Source: Myxococcota bacterium (GTDB lineage: Bacteria; Myxococcota_A; UBA9160; JAFDDA01). Taken from it: a stretch of 64,000 nt of DNA. Positions 19,529 through 29,482 of the stretch are shown piece after piece. The DNA lies in assembly GCA_965228475.1 (NCBI GenBank), contig OZ245817.1:3232001-3296000 (forward strand). Reading direction: 5' to 3'. Under the pieces are notes generated by a model that ran no database searches, had not been told where the DNA came from, and saw only the letters and a list, made by a program, of their open reading frames with translations. The position numbers were made by a program, and so were the translations under genes. The stretch's first letter is position 1; every line of letters begins with the position of its first letter.

Positions 19529-20467
19529 GTGGCGCTCGAAAACGAGTACTCCTGGTCGAAATCGCGGGACGGCAAGTTCCGGGAATGCCCGCGCGCGTAC
19601 TGGTTCCACTACTACGGCGCCTGGGGCGGCTGGAACGGCGACGCGCCCGATCGGGTCCAGACCCTCTACCGGCTGAAGAACCTGCGAAGCCGCCAGATGT
19701 GGGCGGGGGACGTCGTCCACCGCTGCATCGAGCGGGCGCTCAAGAACCTCCGCCGCGGGATCGAACCCATGGCCGCGGACGCCGCCATCGACGCCACGAT
19801 CCACACCATGCGCGACGAGTGGCGCCGCTCGCGCAGCGGCGCCGTGAAGGAGCGCCTGACCGAGCACGAGTACGACCTCCCGATCCCCGAGCTCGAGTGG
19901 CGGGACAACGCGGACCACGTGCGCCAGTGCCTGTGGAACTTCTACGCGTCCTCGAATTGGGAGACCCTGCGCAAGCTTCCGGCCGAGCGCTGGCTCGACA
20001 TCGAGAGCCTGGCCTCCTTCGTCTTCGAGGGGGCGAAGATCTTCGTGAAGCTCGACGTGGCCTACCGCGACGAAGCCGGCCGCGTCGTGATCATCGATTG
20101 GAAGACCGGCCGCGCTCCGGACCTCGACCACTCGATGCAGGTCGCCACCTACGCCCTCTACGCCGCCGAGGCCTTCGGCGGTGAGCCGAGCGACGTACGC
20201 ACCCGCCTGGCCCAGCTGGCCTCGGGCTCGAACGAGGACGTGACCCTCTCGGCCCAGGCGCTCGAATCCGCCCTCTCGCGCATCCGCGCGAGCATCCGCG
20301 ACATGCGCGAGGCCCTGGCCGACCCCGAGGCCAACCTCGCCCGCGAGGAGGACTTCCCGGCGATCGACCAGCCGCGGATCTGCCGCCGCTGCTCCTTCCG
20401 CCGGGTGTGTCAGGAGGAGGGAATCATCGCGCCGCTGCCCGGCCCGTCGGGGAACGGTTCCCTATGA
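19529..20467 (+). CDS. PD-(D/E)XK nuclease, RecB/Cas4-like, with 4-Cys Fe-S staple
   Basis: SWSKS..ECPRAY, G..VH, KLD, IIDWKTG, QVATY, CRRCSFRRVC. Confidence 0.85.
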   Translation: MALENEYSWSKSRDGKFRECPRAYWFHYYGAWGGWNGDAPDRVQTLYRLKNLRSRQMWAGDVVHRCIERALKNLRRGIEPMAADAAIDATIHTMRDEWRRSRSGAVKERLTEHEYDLPIPELEWRDNADHVRQCLWNFYASSNWETLRKLPAERWLDIESLASFVFEGAKIFVKLDVAYRDEAGRVVIIDWKTGRAPDLDHSMQVATYALYAAEAFGGEPSDVRTRLAQLASGSNEDVTLSAQALESALSRIRASIRDMREALADPEANLAREEDFPAIDQPRICRRCSFRRVCQEEGIIAPLPGPSGNGSL

Positions 20468-21336
20468 TGCGGAGCGTGGGCAAGATCTACAGCCACTCCC
20501 GCATCTCCACCTTCGAGAACTGCCGCCGCCAGTTCCGCTACCGCTACGTCGACCAGATCCCCGTCGAGACCGACGGCATCGAGGCCTTCATGGGCAAGCT
20601 CGTCCATGCCGTCGCCGAGAAGCTGAACCTCGTGACGGCCGCCGGGCAGGTGCCCTCGCTCGGCGCCGTCCTCAAGCGTTTCAACAAGATGTGGGACGAG
20701 AGCTTCGACGCGAGCCGCATCCGCATCGCCCGCGAAGGGATGGAGCCCGAGCACTACCGCGCCACCGGCGAGCGCTGCACGGAGAACCTCTACCGCAGCC
20801 ACTACCCCTTCGACGAAGGCGAGTCCGTCGGCATCGAAGAGCCCGTCCGCTTCGACCTCGACGCCGAGGGCCGCTACCGCCTGCGCGGCGTCGTCGACCG
20901 CATCGTACGCAAGGGCGAGACTATCGAGATCCACGACTACAAGACCGGCGCCCGCGTCCCGAGCCAGGCCCGCATCGACAAGGACCGCCAGCTCGCCCTC
21001 TACCAGATGGCGATCGAGGAACGCTTCCCGGACCAGCCCGTCGAGCTCGTCTGGCACTACCTCGCCCAGAACCAGGTGCGCCGCTCGCGGCGGACCCCGG
21101 AGCAGCTCGAGGCGCTGCGCCGCGAGACGATCGACCGCATCGACCAGATCGAAGCCGAGGTCGAATACAAGGCCACGCCGAGCGGCCTCTGCCCCTGGTG
21201 CGAGTACAACACCCGCTGCGAGGCCGGCCGCGAGCGGCTCGGCATCACGACCCCGCCGCCGCCCGACCCGCCGCCGAAGGCCTCGCGCGCCGCGAAGCCG
21301 CCGGCGGACGAGGGGCAGCTCTCCCTCTTCTCCTGA
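20464..21336 (+). CDS. PD-(D/E)XK nuclease, RecB/Cas4-like, with 4-Cys Fe-S staple
   Basis: YSHSR..NC, GKLVH, GVVDRI, IHDYKTG, QLALY, CPWCEYNTRC; ATGA overlap with the upstream gene. Confidence 0.85.
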   Translation: MMRSVGKIYSHSRISTFENCRRQFRYRYVDQIPVETDGIEAFMGKLVHAVAEKLNLVTAAGQVPSLGAVLKRFNKMWDESFDASRIRIAREGMEPEHYRATGERCTENLYRSHYPFDEGESVGIEEPVRFDLDAEGRYRLRGVVDRIVRKGETIEIHDYKTGARVPSQARIDKDRQLALYQMAIEERFPDQPVELVWHYLAQNQVRRSRRTPEQLEALRRETIDRIDQIEAEVEYKATPSGLCPWCEYNTRCEAGRERLGITTPPPPDPPPKASRAAKPPADEGQLSLFS

Positions 21337-21355
21337 GCTTGCTAGCCTTCCGGCC

Positions 21356-22114
21356 ATGGCACTCCGCATCGAACGCATCCCGACCTTCGGCGACAACTAC
21401 ACCTATCTGATCCAGTGCGAGGAGACGGGCGAAGCCGCCGTCGTGGACGCCCCCGAGGACGCGCCGGTGATCGCGCGCGCCGAGGCCACGGGCGCCCGGG
21501 TGACGAAGATCCTCTCGACCCACCATCACCCGGACCACTCGATGGCGAACCCGAAGCTCGCCGAGCACTTCGGCGCGCCGGTCTACGGACACGTCTCGGA
21601 CGAGGGGCGCATGCCGGGGATGACCGACACGCTCGAAGAAGGCGACACGGTGAGCGTCGGGAACTCGACGGCGCGCATCCTCCACATCCCCGCGCACACG
21701 ACGGGCCACATCGCCTACGTCTTCGACGAAGACCGGGCGCTCTTCTCCGGCGACACGCTCTTCGCCGGCGGCTGCGGGCGTCTCTTCGAAGGCACGCCCG
21801 AGATGATGTACACGGCGCTGGTGGAGAAGCTGGGCTCGCTGCCCGACGACATGCGCGTCTTCTGCGGCCACGAGTACACCGAGAGCAACCTCGTCTTCGC
21901 CGTGCACGCCGAGCCCGACAACGCGGCGGCCGCCGAGAAGCTCGAGCGCGTGCGGAAGATCCGCGCGAACAAGGCCGAGGACTGGCACGACGCCACCGAA
22001 GCCGAGATGACCATCCCCTCGACCCTCGCCGAGGAGCGCGCCACCAACCCGTTCATGCGCGCGCGCGACGCGGCCGACCTCGGCCGGCTGCGCAAGATGA
22101 AGGACGACTTCTAG
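21356..22114 (+). CDS. gloB: Hydroxyacylglutathione hydrolase (glyoxalase II)
   Basis: DNYTY, THHHPDH, GDTLFAGGCGRLFEG, CGHEYT, TNPFMR. Confidence 0.9.
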   Translation: MALRIERIPTFGDNYTYLIQCEETGEAAVVDAPEDAPVIARAEATGARVTKILSTHHHPDHSMANPKLAEHFGAPVYGHVSDEGRMPGMTDTLEEGDTVSVGNSTARILHIPAHTTGHIAYVFDEDRALFSGDTLFAGGCGRLFEGTPEMMYTALVEKLGSLPDDMRVFCGHEYTESNLVFAVHAEPDNAAAAEKLERVRKIRANKAEDWHDATEAEMTIPSTLAEERATNPFMRARDAADLGRLRKMKDDF

Positions 22115-22578
22115 CGGAAGATCGAGCCCAAGGTGCGGCGCAGGCCGCCCTGGAGTTGGTCCTCGGTCCAGGCGGTGACGCGCTGGATGGTCTCGAGGGC
22201 GTCGTTCTTGCCCGGCCAGTGCGAACGCACGACGTCCGGATGCACCCGGTTCAGCATGCGCGAGAGCGCCGTCCCGACGATCAGCAGGTCGTCGATGAAG
22301 CCGATCGGGCCGAGCAGGATCTCCGGCAGGATGTCGAGGGGCGAGAGCACGTAGCCGATGCCGAGCAGCGCGATGCCCTTCGAGCCGACGGGCACGCGCT
22401 CGTCGCGCAGGAGGCGCATCAGGAGCACGGTCAGGTCCGGTAGGAGCAGCATGAGATCGAGCAGCCCCGTCTCGACGGAACTCGGCTCGGCCACCTGGGC
22501 GCGCAGCCGGTCGTAGAGGCGGCGCTCGCTCGGGTTGAGCTCGATCGTGACGTGGCCGTCGGCGGCCTGGCTGCTCAT
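22111..22578 (-). CDS. YkvA/DUF1232 family membrane protein
   Basis: YVLSPLDILPE..GPIGFIDD. Confidence 0.85.
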   Translation of the reverse strand: MSSQAADGHVTIELNPSERRLYDRLRAQVAEPSSVETGLLDLMLLLPDLTVLLMRLLRDERVPVGSKGIALLGIGYVLSPLDILPEILLGPIGFIDDLLIVGTALSRMLNRVHPDVVRSHWPGKNDALETIQRVTAWTEDQLQGGLRRTLGSIFR

Positions 22579-23099
22579 CCGTCCTCCGCTCCCGTCGGTT
22601 CTACGGCCCAGCCGACCCGCCGGTTCCCCCCATCATAGGCGGCCACGAGGAAAACCGGTTCCTCGTCGGAGAAGGCCATGGGCAGGAGTTCCCGCACGTC
22701 CTCGACGAGAGGGAGTTCCCCCAACCCCGTCAAGGGTTTCCAGGCCACCTCGTGGCCCGGGCCGGGCTGCAGCTCCCTCGTTGCACTCTCCCCGGCGAAC
22801 ACGAAGACGACGTGGGCCTCGCCGAGGAGGCCGGACTCGTGGATCACGACGCGCAGCCGCAGGCCCGGCACGTCGAGCCCGGCTTCCTCGCGGAGTTCGC
22901 GGCGGGCCGCGGCGAGCACGCCCTCCCCCGCCTCGACGTGTCCCCCGATGCCGTTCCACAGACCGGGGAAGCGGGCGTTCGTTTCCGGGTTGCGGATCAG
23001 GAGCACGTCGTCGCCGTGGCGCACGAACGCCACCGTCACGAGATGCGCGCTGTGACGCGCTCCATCCGGCTTCGGCGGCCCGCCTCTGCTACCGGCCAC
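22575..23099 (-). CDS. NUDIX hydrolase
   Basis: Nudix box GGHVEAGE..AARRELREEAG; start approximate. Confidence 0.85.
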   Translation of the reverse strand: MAGSRGGPPKPDGARHSAHLVTVAFVRHGDDVLLIRNPETNARFPGLWNGIGGHVEAGEGVLAAARRELREEAGLDVPGLRLRVVIHESGLLGEAHVVFVFAGESATRELQPGPGHEVAWKPLTGLGELPLVEDVRELLPMAFSDEEPVFLVAAYDGGNRRVGWAVEPTGAEDG

Positions 23100-24570
23100 C
23101 GCGACCGCCGGCCACCGACGGCGGCGTGACGACGCCGACGAGCGCCCGCCCCTCGGCCTCGGGCACGACGACGCCGAGCGCGTAGGCAACGGTCGGTGCG
23201 ACGTCGATCTGGCGCATCTCCGGGATCCGGAGCGCGGGCCGGACGCCGGCGCCCCAGGCGACGAAGGCCGTCCGGTGCGGGAACCCTTCCGCCGGTGTGA
23301 AGGAACCCGCCGCACCTCGCGTCCGTGCGGGCAGCAGCAGCTGCCGCTCGGCGAGCCCCTCCGCGAAGCGGTGACCGGGCAGCGCCTCGAGCCCGAACCA
23401 GGCGCGACGGTCCGCACCGAGCGCGAGGAGTTCCTCGGCCGGAACGATGCGGAAGGCTCCGCTCCACTCCGCCGCTTCGGCGAGGGCGCGACGCGCGAGC
23501 AGGGCCGCCTCCTCGTCGTCGGCATACACGAGGGCGGAACCGCCGGCCGCGCGGGCCACCGCTTCCCAGCGCCGGATGCTGCCGTCCGCTGCCGGCACGA
23601 GCAGGCCCGCGGCCTCGAGCGCCACGTTGGCCTGGATGCGGGTGTGGACGGGGCGCACCGGGCCGTCGCCGGCGACGAAGAAGGCGCTCCGGGCGAGCGC
23701 CCCGGAGCCCGCGAGGCACGTCATCAACCGGGCGAGTTCCCGGTCGACCTGGGCGAAGGCCGCGCGGGCTTCCTCGCTGTCCGGACCGAAGCGCGCGAGC
23801 TGGGGCCACGCCTGGGACCAGCGAAGCAGCAACAGGCGCGGCGCCGCCTCGCCGGTGAGCACGTGGCACGCGACCTCCGTGAGCATGCGGTCGCGAACCG
23901 GGCCCGGGAAGCCCGCCTCGGGCGCGGCAGCGCCACTCTCCTCGATCCAGGCCGCGAGCGAGGGGGTCGCGACCCCTTCGAGCAGGGCCGGCCAGGACTC
24001 CCCGCGCCGGGTGGGATGGATCTCCGGCAGGAGCCAGTCCGCCGCGGCCCCGACGGAGGTCGGCCAGCCGACCCCCGCGGTGAGCAGGCCCGCGCCGCGC
24101 GCGGCGCTCCAGAGCGTCGGCCCGCGAACGGCCGAGGCCTCGCGCACGAGCTCCGCCGAGGCACCGTTCGGCCCGAGGCGGTGGTCTCCGCCGAGGCCGT
24201 GGCTCGCCGGGGACCGCCCGGTGAGGAGGGTCGCGTGGGCGACGCCCGGCGTCGCCGGCGCGGCGGGAACGAGTCCGTCGGCGACGGCCCCCGCGGCCGC
24301 CATGGCGGAGAGGCGGGGGAACGGGCCTTCCGGGCCGAGCCGGTCCGGCGTGAGGCCGGTGATCCCGATGAGGAGAACGTGGGCCGGCGCCCCGCGCTCG
24401 GGCTCCGGGAGGCGTGCTTCGCCACCTGCCGCCGGGCTCGCTTCAGCGGCAGGGGCGCGGTCAGGCCCGTCCGAACGCGGCGCAGCGCCGGCACAGCCGA
24501 GCCAGAGGCAGCAGGCGAACCCCACCCCGAAGAGCCGGCGCACGGAGCCCGGACCGCGGCGCGAGCTCAC
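23089..24570 (-). CDS. Alkaline phosphatase/ENPP-family lipoprotein, probably with degenerate metal ligands
   Basis: Lipobox-like WLGC, VLLIGITGL, HATLLTG, GWP, AFVAWGAGV, QIDVAPTVA; GTGA overlap. Confidence 0.65.
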   Translation of the reverse strand: MSSRRGPGSVRRLFGVGFACCLWLGCAGAAPRSDGPDRAPAAEASPAAGGEARLPEPERGAPAHVLLIGITGLTPDRLGPEGPFPRLSAMAAAGAVADGLVPAAPATPGVAHATLLTGRSPASHGLGGDHRLGPNGASAELVREASAVRGPTLWSAARGAGLLTAGVGWPTSVGAAADWLLPEIHPTRRGESWPALLEGVATPSLAAWIEESGAAAPEAGFPGPVRDRMLTEVACHVLTGEAAPRLLLLRWSQAWPQLARFGPDSEEARAAFAQVDRELARLMTCLAGSGALARSAFFVAGDGPVRPVHTRIQANVALEAAGLLVPAADGSIRRWEAVARAAGGSALVYADDEEAALLARRALAEAAEWSGAFRIVPAEELLALGADRRAWFGLEALPGHRFAEGLAERQLLLPARTRGAAGSFTPAEGFPHRTAFVAWGAGVRPALRIPEMRQIDVAPTVAYALGVVVPEAEGRALVGVVTPPSVAGGRGGR

Positions 24571-25502
24571 GCCACCTCGTGGCGGAAGGCCGGCTCCACC
24601 TGGGCCGGCTCGGGTGCCCCGGGCCTGCCCGCCGCCGCACGGCGCCGCATGCGCTGGATCTCGCGTCGCGCGTCGGCGTAGCCCGCGGTGATGAGACGGC
24701 TCGTGCGGCGCGCGTTCCAGGAGAAGAGCGAGAGCGGGCTGAAGCCGGCGTGCTGCTCGCCGGGCTCGAGCACGGTCACCGGGACGCCCTGGTAGCTGCC
24801 GTCGCGGTCGATGCGCGTGGTCACGTAGCCGACGTTGCCGATCGTGCGCCACATGACGTCGGTCAGGCGGCCGTAGTAGTCGAACGGGGTGCGGAAGGTC
24901 CGCTTGTAGGGGAGATCGCTCGCGATCACGGCCAGGACGTACACCTCCGTCGCACCCATTTCGATGGCCTGGAGGACGGGAACGTTCCATGCGAAGCCGC
25001 CGTCGACGAAGTATTCGCCCTTGTGCTTCACGGGCGGGAAGAGGATCGGGATCGCGTACCCGGCCCGGGTGAGCGTGCGCGCCTCGCGCACGGAGCTCAT
25101 GTGGCGGTTGGTCGCGAACTGCCCCTCGCCCCGCGAGAGGTTCAGCAGGACGAAGGAGAGGTCGAGAGGCGACTCGATCACGCGCTTGAAATCGATGTAC
25201 TCCTCGATCGTCTCGGCGAGGGGCTCCATCGAGAAGAGCGACATGCCGGAGATCGGATTGTGCTTCCAGCTCGGGCGGAACTTCGTCGCCACCGAGCCCA
25301 TGCCCGTCCACGCCTCCTCCATGTGATCGACGCCGCCCGTCGCGTAGAGGCAGGCGTTGATCACGCCGATCGAGGAGGCGACGATCGCGTCGGGGCGGAT
25401 GCCCTGTTCTTCCAGGTAGCGGAGCGCGCCGACCTGATGCGCGCCGAGCGAAGCGCCGCCCCCGAGCACGAAGACGCGCCGGGGGCCCTCGGTTTCGCTC
25501 AC
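24567..25502 (-). CDS. Patatin-like phospholipase
   Basis: LGGGASLGAHQVG, ASSIG nucleophile elbow, DGG. Confidence 0.85.
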   Translation of the reverse strand: MSETEGPRRVFVLGGGASLGAHQVGALRYLEEQGIRPDAIVASSIGVINACLYATGGVDHMEEAWTGMGSVATKFRPSWKHNPISGMSLFSMEPLAETIEEYIDFKRVIESPLDLSFVLLNLSRGEGQFATNRHMSSVREARTLTRAGYAIPILFPPVKHKGEYFVDGGFAWNVPVLQAIEMGATEVYVLAVIASDLPYKRTFRTPFDYYGRLTDVMWRTIGNVGYVTTRIDRDGSYQGVPVTVLEPGEQHAGFSPLSLFSWNARRTSRLITAGYADARREIQRMRRRAAAGRPGAPEPAQVEPAFRHEVA

Positions 25503-26374
25503 GTGAAGATGCCCTTGCGTTCGCGCAGGCCCTTCTCGAAGAGATCCTCGATGGCGTGGCGGACCTGGTTCACCTTGAGCTGGATCACGGCGTCTTCGTC
25601 GTTGGCTTCCCCTTCGAAGCGCAGCGGCGCGCCGAAGTGGATGCGGTACTTCGTCGGCATCGGGAGAATGCCGAGCGGACCGAGCCAGGGGAAACCGAGC
25701 GTGATCGGAAGCGCCGGCATGCCGAGCGCCTTCCCGAGCCCGGCGAAGTTCGCGATTCCCGGCTGCTGCTCCTCGGAGCCGATGAACGCCACCGGGACGA
25801 TCGGCGTGCGCGTCTCGAGCGCGAGCCGCATGAAGCCGAGGCCGAACTTCTGGAGCCGATAGCGCTCGCTGTAGGGCTTGTTGATCCCGCCCGCACCCTC
25901 GGGGAAGACCATCACGCACTCACCGTCCTGGAGCATGCTGCGACAGTTCTCCGGCGTCCCGATCATCATGCCGCCGCGCGTCGCGGCCGTGCTCATCCAG
26001 GGCAGGCGCGCGATGAAGTACTCGCCCATGCCGCGCACGATGCGCGGCGGCTCGCCCTCGAGCAGCATGGCGAGGGTCAACATCATGCCGTCGAAGGGCA
26101 GCTGGCCCGCGTGATTCGCGATCAGCAGCACGCGCCCGGGCGGGACGTTCTCGATGCCGAAGTTCTCGACGCGGAAGTAGTAGCGATAGAGCGCGAGCGC
26201 GGGCGGCATGAGCCGCAGCGCGTCCTCCGGGTTGAAGCCGTACTTGTCGAAGCCGTACTCGTTGAGCGGCGTCGGCGTCTTCTGGATGCGCTCGGCGAGC
26301 TCGCGCTGGAGCGTGCGGAACTCCATCGGCGCGAGGCCCGCGAGGGCGTCGCCGATCGCCCCGGTGATGCTCAC
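25499..26374 (-). CDS. Lysophospholipid acyltransferase (PlsC/DAGAT-like)
   Basis: NHAGQLPFDG, VFPEG, GFMRLAL..PIVPV. Confidence 0.9.
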   Translation of the reverse strand: MSITGAIGDALAGLAPMEFRTLQRELAERIQKTPTPLNEYGFDKYGFNPEDALRLMPPALALYRYYFRVENFGIENVPPGRVLLIANHAGQLPFDGMMLTLAMLLEGEPPRIVRGMGEYFIARLPWMSTAATRGGMMIGTPENCRSMLQDGECVMVFPEGAGGINKPYSERYRLQKFGLGFMRLALETRTPIVPVAFIGSEEQQPGIANFAGLGKALGMPALPITLGFPWLGPLGILPMPTKYRIHFGAPLRFEGEANDEDAVIQLKVNQVRHAIEDLFEKGLRERKGIFT

Positions 26375-27288
26375 CCCTTCACCCCGTGGAAGATCTCGCG
26401 CAGCCCGAAGGCCGGCCGGAAGTTCGTCGCCTCGATGAAGCGCTTGCCCGAGAGCGTCACCGGGTACTTCAGGTAGTCGAGCGCACCCGGCGGGTACGGC
26501 CACATCCCCCAGTCGAACATGCGGGAGAAGAGCGGCCGGACCACGGGCTCGGGCAGCGGCATGGCCTGCCCACCGATCTCCTCGATCGCGGTGTGCAGCG
26601 GGACCTCGCCGGGCCCGGTCACGTTGAACACGCCGCGCAGCCCCGCCTCGAGGGCCCGGGCGATGGCCTCGGAGAGATCCTCCTCGTGGATGAACTGCAT
26701 CATCGGGTCGAAGCCCATCATCGTGGGGATGCGCTTCTGCTTCAGGTACTGGCTCATCATCGAGTGGACGAAGTACCCGAGCACGTTCACCGGCCGCAGG
26801 ACCGAGGTCTGGATGTGGGGGTACCGCCAGATGAACGCCGAGGCGAGCGTGTCGACCTCGACCAGGTCCCGGATCTCCGGATACGAGCGGCTGGCGGAGA
26901 TCGGGTGGTCCTCGTCCATGTAGAACGGGTTTTCGGGAAAGGCCCCGTAGACGTACCCGCTCGAGACCACCACGAGCTTCTGCACGCCGTAGTTGTTGCA
27001 GTGGTCGAGGAGCTGCTTCGTCCCGCGCACGTTCACGTCGTGGCGGGTGTTCTCCTGCCCCCGGAAATGCCGGATGAAGCCCATGTGGACGATGGCCGTG
27101 GGGAGCTCCGTCCGGATCACGTCCTCGAACTTCTTCTTGCGGAGGTCCACGACGTGAACGTCCACCTCGCGCGGGCGGCCCTCCCAGGCCACGCGATCCA
27201 CGCCCATGACCTGCCAGTTCTCGAGCAGGCGGCGCGCCAGGAGCCTCCCCTGGCCCCCCGAAATACCGGTGATGAGTACTTTTTCCAT
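26371..27288 (-). CDS. Extended SDR, NAD-dependent epimerase/dehydratase family
   Basis: TGISGGQG, NVRGT, SSGYVYGA, GFDPMMQFIHEED. Confidence 0.85.
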   Translation of the reverse strand: MEKVLITGISGGQGRLLARRLLENWQVMGVDRVAWEGRPREVDVHVVDLRKKKFEDVIRTELPTAIVHMGFIRHFRGQENTRHDVNVRGTKQLLDHCNNYGVQKLVVVSSGYVYGAFPENPFYMDEDHPISASRSYPEIRDLVEVDTLASAFIWRYPHIQTSVLRPVNVLGYFVHSMMSQYLKQKRIPTMMGFDPMMQFIHEEDLSEAIARALEAGLRGVFNVTGPGEVPLHTAIEEIGGQAMPLPEPVVRPLFSRMFDWGMWPYPPGALDYLKYPVTLSGKRFIEATNFRPAFGLREIFHGVKG

Positions 27289-27379
27289 CGATTTCCTGCG
27301 GGTTTAGGGCCCTAGCGTACATGCTCCTGCGGCGGCGATCTACTCCGGGCCGTGTTATAACCGGCGCCCGGAAGGGGCC

Positions 27380-28102
27380 GTGCCGATGGAGCCTGCCGCC
27401 AAATTTGAGGACATCTCGATCCCCGTCACCTCCGAGGAGGGGGATTTCGAGGTCAGCGGCGTCCTGGGCGTCCCGGAGTGGTGGCCGAGCGGCGCCCGGG
27501 TGGGCGTGATCCTGGCCCCGGGCACCGGAGGGCGCCACGACGACCCCTTCCTGACCGAGCTCCAGCGTCTCCTAACGGAGCGTAAGCTCCTGACCTTGAA
27601 GTTCAATTTCCACTTCGGGGAGGAGGGCCGGAAGCGCCCCGACTCGATGCTGGTGCTCCGCCAGACCTACCGGGCTGCGGTCCAGATGTTCTCGGCGGAC
27701 CCGACCTCGGCCCCGGCCCACGTCTTCGCCGGCGGGGTCGGCCTCGGGGCCAAGGTGGCCAGCCACGTGGCGACGAGCCGGGTCCGGGTGACCGGCCTCT
27801 ACGCCCTCGGCTACCCGCTCCACACGAGCGGCAAGCCCGAGAAGCTCGACGCCGACCAGCTCTACCGGATCATCACGCCGATGCTCTTCATCCAGGGCTC
27901 GAAGGCCAAGAACTGCGACATCCCGACCCTTCGCCGGGTGCTCGGCCGCGTGGGGGCGCCGACGGCGCTCCACGTCGTCGAGGAGGCGGACCACCTGTTC
28001 AAGGTCGCCAAGAAGTCCGGGCGGACCCAGGAGGAGGTCACGGCCGAATGCATGGCCGCCATGACCTCCTGGTTCGAAAAGGCGGCCGGCGCCGCCCAAT
28101 GA
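27380..28102 (+). CDS. Alpha/beta-hydrolase fold protein, catalytically degenerate
   Basis: ILAPGTGG, FNF, LGYPLH, ADH. The expected nucleophile position reads GGVGLG. Confidence 0.7.
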   Translation: MPMEPAAKFEDISIPVTSEEGDFEVSGVLGVPEWWPSGARVGVILAPGTGGRHDDPFLTELQRLLTERKLLTLKFNFHFGEEGRKRPDSMLVLRQTYRAAVQMFSADPTSAPAHVFAGGVGLGAKVASHVATSRVRVTGLYALGYPLHTSGKPEKLDADQLYRIITPMLFIQGSKAKNCDIPTLRRVLGRVGAPTALHVVEEADHLFKVAKKSGRTQEEVTAECMAAMTSWFEKAAGAAQ

Positions 28103-28788
28103 GCCGCGGGCACGGCGGGGAACGCTCGGCCGCCGAGCGCCTGCTGTTCGACCGCCCCCTCCTCTACCGCGCCAAGCGCTTCCTGATCGAACGCGTGATC
28201 TGGGACTTCCTGCTCACCGGGATCTTCCGGCTCGAGCCGCGCCCGATGCCGGCCGCCCTTTCCGGCCTCGCGGGCCAGCGCGTGCTCCTGGCCGCCTGCG
28301 GGCCGGGCACGGCCACGACGGGGCCCGCCGTCGACGAGGCGGCCTCCGTGGTCGCCTTCGACCTCTCGCCCCACTTCGCCGCGTCCTGCGCGGCGCACCG
28401 TCCGGACTGGCAGGTCTACTGCGGCGACCTCCTCCACCTGCCCCACGGCCCGGGCGCCTTCGACGCCGCGGTGCTCTACTCCTCGCTCCACCACGTCCCG
28501 GCGGACGCCCGGCAGGTGCTGGGAGAGCTCTCCCGCGTGGCGGGAGGCCGGGTCTTCGTCCTCGAGGGCGTCGTGCCCGAGCGGGGGCTCCTGCGAAGGC
28601 TCCTCCTGCTCTGGTACCGCCTGGTCGACGGCGGCCATCACTACTACACCCTCACCGAGCTGCGCGGTGCCCTCGAGGCCACGGGCCTGCGCGTCGCGCG
28701 CGAAGACCTGCACGGGCCGATCCAGCACATGTGGCTGGCCGAGCTCGCCCCAGCCCACCGAGCGCCCTCCGGAGCACCCCATGCCTGA
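28099..28788 (+). CDS. Class I SAM-dependent methyltransferase
   Basis: LLAACGPG, AFDLS, GDLLHLP..AFD, SLHH. Confidence 0.7.
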   Translation: MSRGHGGERSAAERLLFDRPLLYRAKRFLIERVIWDFLLTGIFRLEPRPMPAALSGLAGQRVLLAACGPGTATTGPAVDEAASVVAFDLSPHFAASCAAHRPDWQVYCGDLLHLPHGPGAFDAAVLYSSLHHVPADARQVLGELSRVAGGRVFVLEGVVPERGLLRRLLLLWYRLVDGGHHYYTLTELRGALEATGLRVAREDLHGPIQHMWLAELAPAHRAPSGAPHA

Positions 28789-29482
28789 AACGAGCGATCT
28801 CTACTTCCGCCAGATCCCCGTCGGCGAGATGGCGAACTTCGCCTACCTCGTCGGGAGCGTCTCCGAGCGCAAGGCCCTGCTCGTGGACCCGGCCTGGAAC
28901 GTCGAGGGGCTCCTCGCCCAGGCGGCGGAGGACGGCATGGAGGTCGCCGGCGCCCTCGTCACCCACTACCACCAGGATCACTGCGGCGGAGAGATCTTCG
29001 GAATGAAGATCGAGGGTCTGGCGAAGCTGCTCGAGCTCGCGCCCGTCCCCATCCACGTGAACCACGAAGAGGCCGACGGCCTGCGCACGGTGACGGGGGT
29101 CTCGGAGTCGGACCTCGTCCGCCAGCGGGGCGGCGACGAGATCGCGCTCGGCCAGATGCGCGTGCGCCTGATCCACACGCCCGGCCACACCCCGGGCTCC
29201 CAGTGTTTCCTGGTCGAAGACGCCGCGGGCCCGGGCCGCCTCGTCTCCGGCGACACGCTCTTCCTCGGGAGCTGCGGCCGCGTCGACCTCCCCGGCGCCG
29301 ACCCGGAAGCCATGTACCACAGCCTGAACGGCACCCTGAAGGCCCTGCCCGACGAGACCGTCGTCTACCCGGGCCACCTCTACTCCTCCGAGCCCTCCGG
29401 CAGCCTCGCCGAAGAAAAACGCCACAACCCCTACCTGAGAGTCACCAGCCTCGACCAGTTCCTCACCTTCATGGGCCACTGA
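28781..29482 (+). CDS. MBL-fold metallo-hydrolase (glyoxalase II-like)
   Basis: THYHQDH, HTPGHTPGS, SGDTLF..CGRVD, YPGH. Confidence 0.9.
   Translation: MPETSDLYFRQIPVGEMANFAYLVGSVSERKALLVDPAWNVEGLLAQAAEDGMEVAGALVTHYHQDHCGGEIFGMKIEGLAKLLELAPVPIHVNHEEADGLRTVTGVSESDLVRQRGGDEIALGQMRVRLIHTPGHTPGSQCFLVEDAAGPGRLVSGDTLFLGSCGRVDLPGADPEAMYHSLNGTLKALPDETVVYPGHLYSSEPSGSLAEEKRHNPYLRVTSLDQFLTFMGH

Noticed and set aside
19529..21336. CRISPR-Cas locus suggested by the Cas4-like genes
   Set aside because: No repeat-spacer array and no cas1, cas2 or effector genes seen in the window
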